Assembly: GCA_964520585.1 (NCBI GenBank) | Contig: CAZFOO010000009.1 | Span: 6,196-70,195, forward strand | Length of the DNA stretch: 64,000 nt | Source: an uncultured Bacteroidales bacterium | Lineage (GTDB): Bacteria > Bacteroidota > Bacteroidia > Bacteroidales > PUMT01 | Direction of reading: 5' to 3' | Shown: positions 59,687 through 64,000 of the stretch, one piece after another | Position numbering within the stretch: the first letter of the stretch is position 1 | Layout of the letters: the number at the start of each line of letters is the position of its first letter | Program-made: the position numbers and the translations under genes | Notes under the pieces: model-generated | What the model saw: only the letters and a program-made list of their open reading frames with translations | What the model was told of the DNA's origin: nothing | Database searches by the model: none

Positions 59687-62600
59687 GGTTGCTTCTTTTG
59701 CTTTCACCAGCTCCTCCTCCCTTTTCTTTATGTCGGTAATATCTTTAACGATATTTGAAATGGCGATTATTTTCCCTTCTTCGTTTTTAATTGGCGACTT
59801 GGTTACCGATACGGGTACTACCGATCCATCTTTCCGCTTATGAAAAGTATCCCTGTTTTTTACTTTTTCTCCCTTTCGCACTTGCCTGATCATCGCCACG
59901 TCGCCGTCATCCTTAGGGTAGGCATACAGATCATTGGCCATGGCACCCACTGCTTCCTTTTCGCTATACCCGTAAAGTTCTTCTGCCCCGTCATTCCAGG
60001 AAAGAATCCTTCCTTCTGCTGATTCGCTGAAAATTGCATCATCCGATGATTCCACTATTGAAGCCAGGTGCACCTGTGCCTTCATTTCTTCTTTTACACC
60101 GGTAATATCCTGTACAAAAGTGGCCACAATATCTCCTTCATGTGAGAAATAGAGTATTCTAAGGTGCCTGCCTGAATCTTCAAAATATCGTTCTTCCTCG
60201 TACGGTTTCCTGCCAAGAACCTTCTTGCCGGCTGTGATGAATGCATCCCTGCATTCCCTGCTTATGTTTAATTCCGAAACCTTCCTGTTTTTTATGCTAT
60301 CCAGTTCAATATTCATTATATCTGCAAACGCGTGGTTGGCTTCTGCCAGTCTGAGATCATCAACATCCCCACGGTCATTTTTTATCACCTGGTAAAGGGC
60401 AAAGCCGTGTTCTATATGATGAAAAAGGTCTCTGTATTTTCTCCACCTTTCCGACTCTTCAATAATCTTCTGGTTTCTGTATCTCTCGGAAATATCGGTA
60501 AAGGTTATTACCACCCCGTCTATCCGGTCGTCAGGAGTACGGTAAGGTAAAATACGCATCCAGTAATGCCGGTCGTGGTTTGCGGATATATCTTTTTCTA
60601 GCGGTGAAAGATTATCCATGACATGCCTTACATCATCCAGCAGGTTGCCCTCGGGGAAACTGACCCCGAAATCCTTTATTGAACGACCAGTGTCAGATTC
60701 GGTAAGGTTGACTATGACTTTTATCTGTGGTGAAAACCGCCTTATCCTGTGATATTTGTCCAGAAACAGTGTCCCGATACGGATGCTTTCCATAAAGTTA
60801 TTCAGGTCATTGCTAAGGCGCGCTTCCTCTTCATTTTTTCGCTGCAGCTCGTTGTTTGATGATTCCAGTTCCTCGTTGAGCGACTGCAGCTCTTCCTTCG
60901 ATGTTTCCAGTTCTTCGTTTGTGCTTTGCAGCTCTTCGTTAGTGGACTGGAACTCTTCGTTGGTCGATTTTAACTCTTCGTTCGAAGCTTCCAGATCCTC
61001 TATCACATTGTTCAGGTATTCACGGGTTTCCTGTAGTTCCCGTTCCATCTGCCTTATGTGGTCATCGGATTCCCTGGAAATTTCATGAGTATTGTCCTGG
61101 TGATCTTCTCCGTTATTATTTGCAGGGCGGACAGGCGTGATGGTGACAATTACCATATGGCTCAGAAAGGCGGGTTCTTTAACCGGGGTTAATGTAATAT
61201 TTACCTGGTCATCACCATTTGCCCCCTTTACTTTAATATTTTTAAAGGAGACCGGTTTGTTTTCGGACTTTATTTTTCGCAGGGCACTGGATATAGGTAT
61301 TCCCAATCCTTCCCGGGCCAGGTTGACAATGTTTTGATTTGGTTCGCCAACATGAAATTTCAGGTATTTGTCGCATTGTCCAAGTGAATACTGGATTTCA
61401 CCTTTTTTATTGATCACCAGGAAGGGATGCATATATTCCTTTAGTGCTTTTTTTTCAGCAAATTCTTTAATCGATAATTTCTTTTTGTCTATCGATACAT
61501 GAGTCACATTCCCTTCCTCCCGGGATTCTTGCTTCCTGCTATGTGATAAATAATTAGCGGCGGCTTTCCTGTTCTCCTTTTTCTGGTATATCCGTGCTTT
61601 CGCATCGATGGCTTCGAAAAGCTGGCTTCTTTGTGATTGCGATTCAGAACCGCCTAAAAATATGAATCTGCCGGGTTTAAGCGCATAATGAAAGGCATTC
61701 AGCACATGCTTCTGGATCTCCGGTTCAAGATAGATCAGGAAATTACGGCAGCTTATCAGGTCAAGCTTTGAATAGGGAGGATCTTTGATCACGCTGTGCC
61801 CGGCAAAGGTGATCATGTCACGTATGTCTTTATGTACCTGGTAAATATCATCCTTTTTTTCAAAATACTTATCCAAAAGACCTGCAGGTACATCTGCCCT
61901 GATATTTTCCTTGTATTTTCCCTTTCGTGCCACTTCCAGTGCCCTGGGATCAATGTCGGTAGCAAAAAACTGCATATCGGTCCTTATCTGTTGCGATTCC
62001 TGATACTCCCTGGCCAGAATGGCAAGTGAATATACCTCTTCTCCACTGGAGCAGGCGGCGACCCATATCCTGACAGGATTTTTGTTCCCGGGATTTATTA
62101 TTTCAGGGAATACCTTTTTTTTCAGGGTTTCAAAAGCTTTTTTATTCCTGAAAAAAGAGGTGACGCCGATAAGGAGTTCCTTGAAAAGGTTATCCACTTC
62201 CTGTGGATTTTCTTTCAGGTAACCGATATATTCACTGAGTTTTGATTTCTTGTGCAGGGCCATTCTCCTGGTGATGCGCCTGCGTATGGTACTTTTTTTA
62301 TATTCAGAGAAGTCATGGCCGGTTTTCATTTTCAGCAGCTGGAGAAGTTTTCTCATTAGTTCACCTGAATCATAATCTTCGATAAACTGCTCCTCTTTGT
62401 CCAGGCTTCCCTGGAACTCCAGCAGCAGTCCGGGCAGATCTTCCGGTTTGGCAATCTTATCTACCAGTCCGGTATCTATCGCATTCTGTGGCATGGACCT
62501 GAATTTGGCAGATTCCGGATCCTGCACCAGCAACAGTCCCCCGGCATCCTTTATTTCCTTTATGCCCAGCGATCCGTCAGAACCGCCGCCACTAAGCAGT

Positions 62601-62998
62601 ATGGCCGCCGTTCTATCTTTTTTGTCCGCCGCCAGGGAGCGCAGAAAAAGATCAATGGGCAGGTGAAGCCCTTTTTTGTCCCTGCTGTATTTTTGAAGGT
62701 GGAATTTGTTGCCCGATATGGTAACATCATATCCGGCGGGCAGAACATAAACATGATCCGGTTCGGGAGACGTTTTATCTTCTATTTCAGTCACTTTGAG
62801 CCTGGTGGATTTTTGCAGGATTTCCGGAAGGATGCTTTTATGTTCGGGTGAGAGATGTTGTATTACCACAAAGGTGATCCCGGTATTTCCGGGCAGGTTT
62901 TTAAAAAAAGCCTCCATATTCTTAATACCATCAGCAGACGAACCAATGCCTGCAATGATGTGATGCTTTGTTTCTATTTTGGGTTCAGACATATTCAA
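59684..62998 (-). CDS. CheB methylesterase - CheR methyltransferase - PAS - coiled coil - multi-PAS sensor protein (5' part of the split kinase)
   Basis: 1104 aa. CheB motifs are GIGSSADG, VVIQHLSP and LSGGGSDG. CheR motifs are TSFFRNKKAF, RIWVAACSSGEEVYSLAIL, FATDID and CRNFLIYL. A heptad coiled coil and PAS-like segments run to the C-terminus. Confidence 0.85.
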   Translation of the reverse strand: MNMSEPKIETKHHIIAGIGSSADGIKNMEAFFKNLPGNTGITFVVIQHLSPEHKSILPEILQKSTRLKVTEIEDKTSPEPDHVYVLPAGYDVTISGNKFHLQKYSRDKKGLHLPIDLFLRSLAADKKDRTAAILLSGGGSDGSLGIKEIKDAGGLLLVQDPESAKFRSMPQNAIDTGLVDKIAKPEDLPGLLLEFQGSLDKEEQFIEDYDSGELMRKLLQLLKMKTGHDFSEYKKSTIRRRITRRMALHKKSKLSEYIGYLKENPQEVDNLFKELLIGVTSFFRNKKAFETLKKKVFPEIINPGNKNPVRIWVAACSSGEEVYSLAILAREYQESQQIRTDMQFFATDIDPRALEVARKGKYKENIRADVPAGLLDKYFEKKDDIYQVHKDIRDMITFAGHSVIKDPPYSKLDLISCRNFLIYLEPEIQKHVLNAFHYALKPGRFIFLGGSESQSQRSQLFEAIDAKARIYQKKENRKAAANYLSHSRKQESREEGNVTHVSIDKKKLSIKEFAEKKALKEYMHPFLVINKKGEIQYSLGQCDKYLKFHVGEPNQNIVNLAREGLGIPISSALRKIKSENKPVSFKNIKVKGANGDDQVNITLTPVKEPAFLSHMVIVTITPVRPANNNGEDHQDNTHEISRESDDHIRQMERELQETREYLNNVIEDLEASNEELKSTNEEFQSTNEELQSTNEELETSKEELQSLNEELESSNNELQRKNEEEARLSNDLNNFMESIRIGTLFLDKYHRIRRFSPQIKVIVNLTESDTGRSIKDFGVSFPEGNLLDDVRHVMDNLSPLEKDISANHDRHYWMRILPYRTPDDRIDGVVITFTDISERYRNQKIIEESERWRKYRDLFHHIEHGFALYQVIKNDRGDVDDLRLAEANHAFADIMNIELDSIKNRKVSELNISRECRDAFITAGKKVLGRKPYEEERYFEDSGRHLRILYFSHEGDIVATFVQDITGVKEEMKAQVHLASIVESSDDAIFSESAEGRILSWNDGAEELYGYSEKEAVGAMANDLYAYPKDDGDVAMIRQVRKGEKVKNRDTFHKRKDGSVVPVSVTKSPIKNEEGKIIAISNIVKDITDIKKREEELVKAKEAT
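60841..60995 (-). repeat. 21-nt periodic coding repeat (heptads NEELxST)
   Basis: The minus strand encodes EASNEELKSTNEEFQSTNEELQSTNEELETSKEELQSLNEELESSNNELQ. The plus strand shows recurring CTCTTCGTT units 21 nt apart. Confidence 0.8.
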
Positions 62999-63212
62999 GA
63001 GTGTATATGTAGTATGTTATCGTTTGAAATCGAAATTATAATAATCTGTAATATACAATAAACAGAGCAGGGTACAAAAAATTACCGGCACTGTTCTGTG
63101 TTAAGGGAGATAAAAAATTTCATGGATGCTTCCAAAGGATTGGGAAAAAGAAATGAATTTCATAATTTGCCAGTTACAGAGAAAATATTGAACATGAATC
63201 AAAATAGTTTAT

Positions 63213-64000
63213 ATGACTGAAGATCTCTATGATAAATTGAGTGACCCCCTGGCCATGGGCGTTTTTATCTTAACTCTGCTTATCCCGCTTGCTGTGGGAC
63301 TGATCGCAATGCTGAAGACACGCAATCAGTCCGATTTCTTCCTGGGGGGGAGAGCCATGAACTCGTTTGTGGTGGGATTATCGGCAGTATCTTCGGGACG
63401 GTCTTCGTGGCTGGTACTCGGGGTTAGTGGTATGGCATACGTATCTGGTGTAGGTGCCATTTGGGCCATTGTGGGTTATACCATAGTTGAGGCATGGCAG
63501 TTTATATACCTGGGGAGGAAATTAAGGAATGAGACCCAGAGGATGGATTGTATAACACTGCTCGATTATTTCGAATCAAGATTTGACGACAAGTCCGGCT
63601 TGTTAAGGATTACAGGTGTAATTATAATGGTAATTTTTATAACTGCATATGTGGCAGCACAATTCAATGCCGGGGCAAAATCCCTGTCCACGGCAATGGA
63701 TCTTCCGTTAGCCGCTTCGCTGGCGATATCGGGACTTTTGGTTATGGTATATATGGTACTCGGCGGATATGTTGCGGTGGCATACAATGATGTAGTCAGG
63801 GCGCTTATAATGCTGGTCGGACTGGTTGTATTACCTGTTGTGGGCTTGATAAATATTGGAGGTCTGGGAATACTCCGGGAGATGATGAGCCGGCTGAATC
63901 CTGCCCACCTGGATCTTTTTTCTCTTGGTACGGGAGTTATTATTGGCTTTATTGGGATTGGTCTCGGTTCGCCGGGTCAGCCTCATATGGTGATAAGGTA
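63213..64000 (+). CDS. sodium:solute symporter family (PutP/PanF-like) transporter, 3'-truncated by the window end
   Basis: Not in the ORF track because it is open-ended. Hand translation from the ATG at 63213 gives MTEDLYDKLSDPLAMGVFILTLL...SDFFLGGRAM...SGRSSWLVLG...LDYFESRF...GGYVAVAYNDVVRA...GSPGQPHMVIR, with no stop before 64000. Confidence 0.8.
   Translation, partial: MTEDLYDKLSDPLAMGVFILTLLIPLAVGLIAMLKTRNQSDFFLGGRAMNSFVVGLSAVSSGRSSWLVLGVSGMAYVSGVGAIWAIVGYTIVEAWQFIYLGRKLRNETQRMDCITLLDYFESRFDDKSGLLRITGVIIMVIFITAYVAAQFNAGAKSLSTAMDLPLAASLAISGLLVMVYMVLGGYVAVAYNDVVRALIMLVGLVVLPVVGLINIGGLGILREMMSRLNPAHLDLFSLGTGVIIGFIGIGLGSPGQPHMVIR

Overview
This window looks like a moderately AT-rich Bacteroidota chromosome. 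The evidence is Bacteroides-style TAnnTTTG -7 promoter boxes, a T9SS type-B C-terminal sorting domain, DUF5683-SLT/LysM and DUF4290-murA synteny, and a ribosomal superoperon without tuf or adk. About 18 kb (28.1-46.2 kb) is the contiguous str-S10-spc-alpha cluster, rpsL to rplQ. It includes secY, map, infA, rpoA and an rpmJ gene that is too short for the ORF track. Other housekeeping genes are eno, gltA, ettA, hisS, murA, uvrD-like, dnaJ-grpE, a Ppx/GppA protein, a NatAB-like ABC pair and an MscS channel. I found no tRNA, rRNA, CRISPR array, transposase or integrase. Five loci are less ordinary. (1) At 5.8-11 kb, an orphan HydF-type GTPase lies divergent from a 728-aa KamA-family radical SAM enzyme, which is convergent with an aspartase-like lyase; no hydA/E/G is in view. 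This is my best candidate for an undescribed system. (2) At 58.5-63 kb, a CheB-CheR-PAS protein and a HisKA-HATPase-REC protein are separated by a single in-frame TAG. The protein also carries a heptad array resembling methyl-accepting sites. (3) A hybrid histidine kinase has lost its ATP-binding boxes. (4) A sigma-54 activator lacks a DNA-binding domain. (5) An EFG-II-like EF-G paralogue sits divergent from the str operon across a 555-bp spacer. All calls come from reading the translations and sequence by eye; no searches were run.
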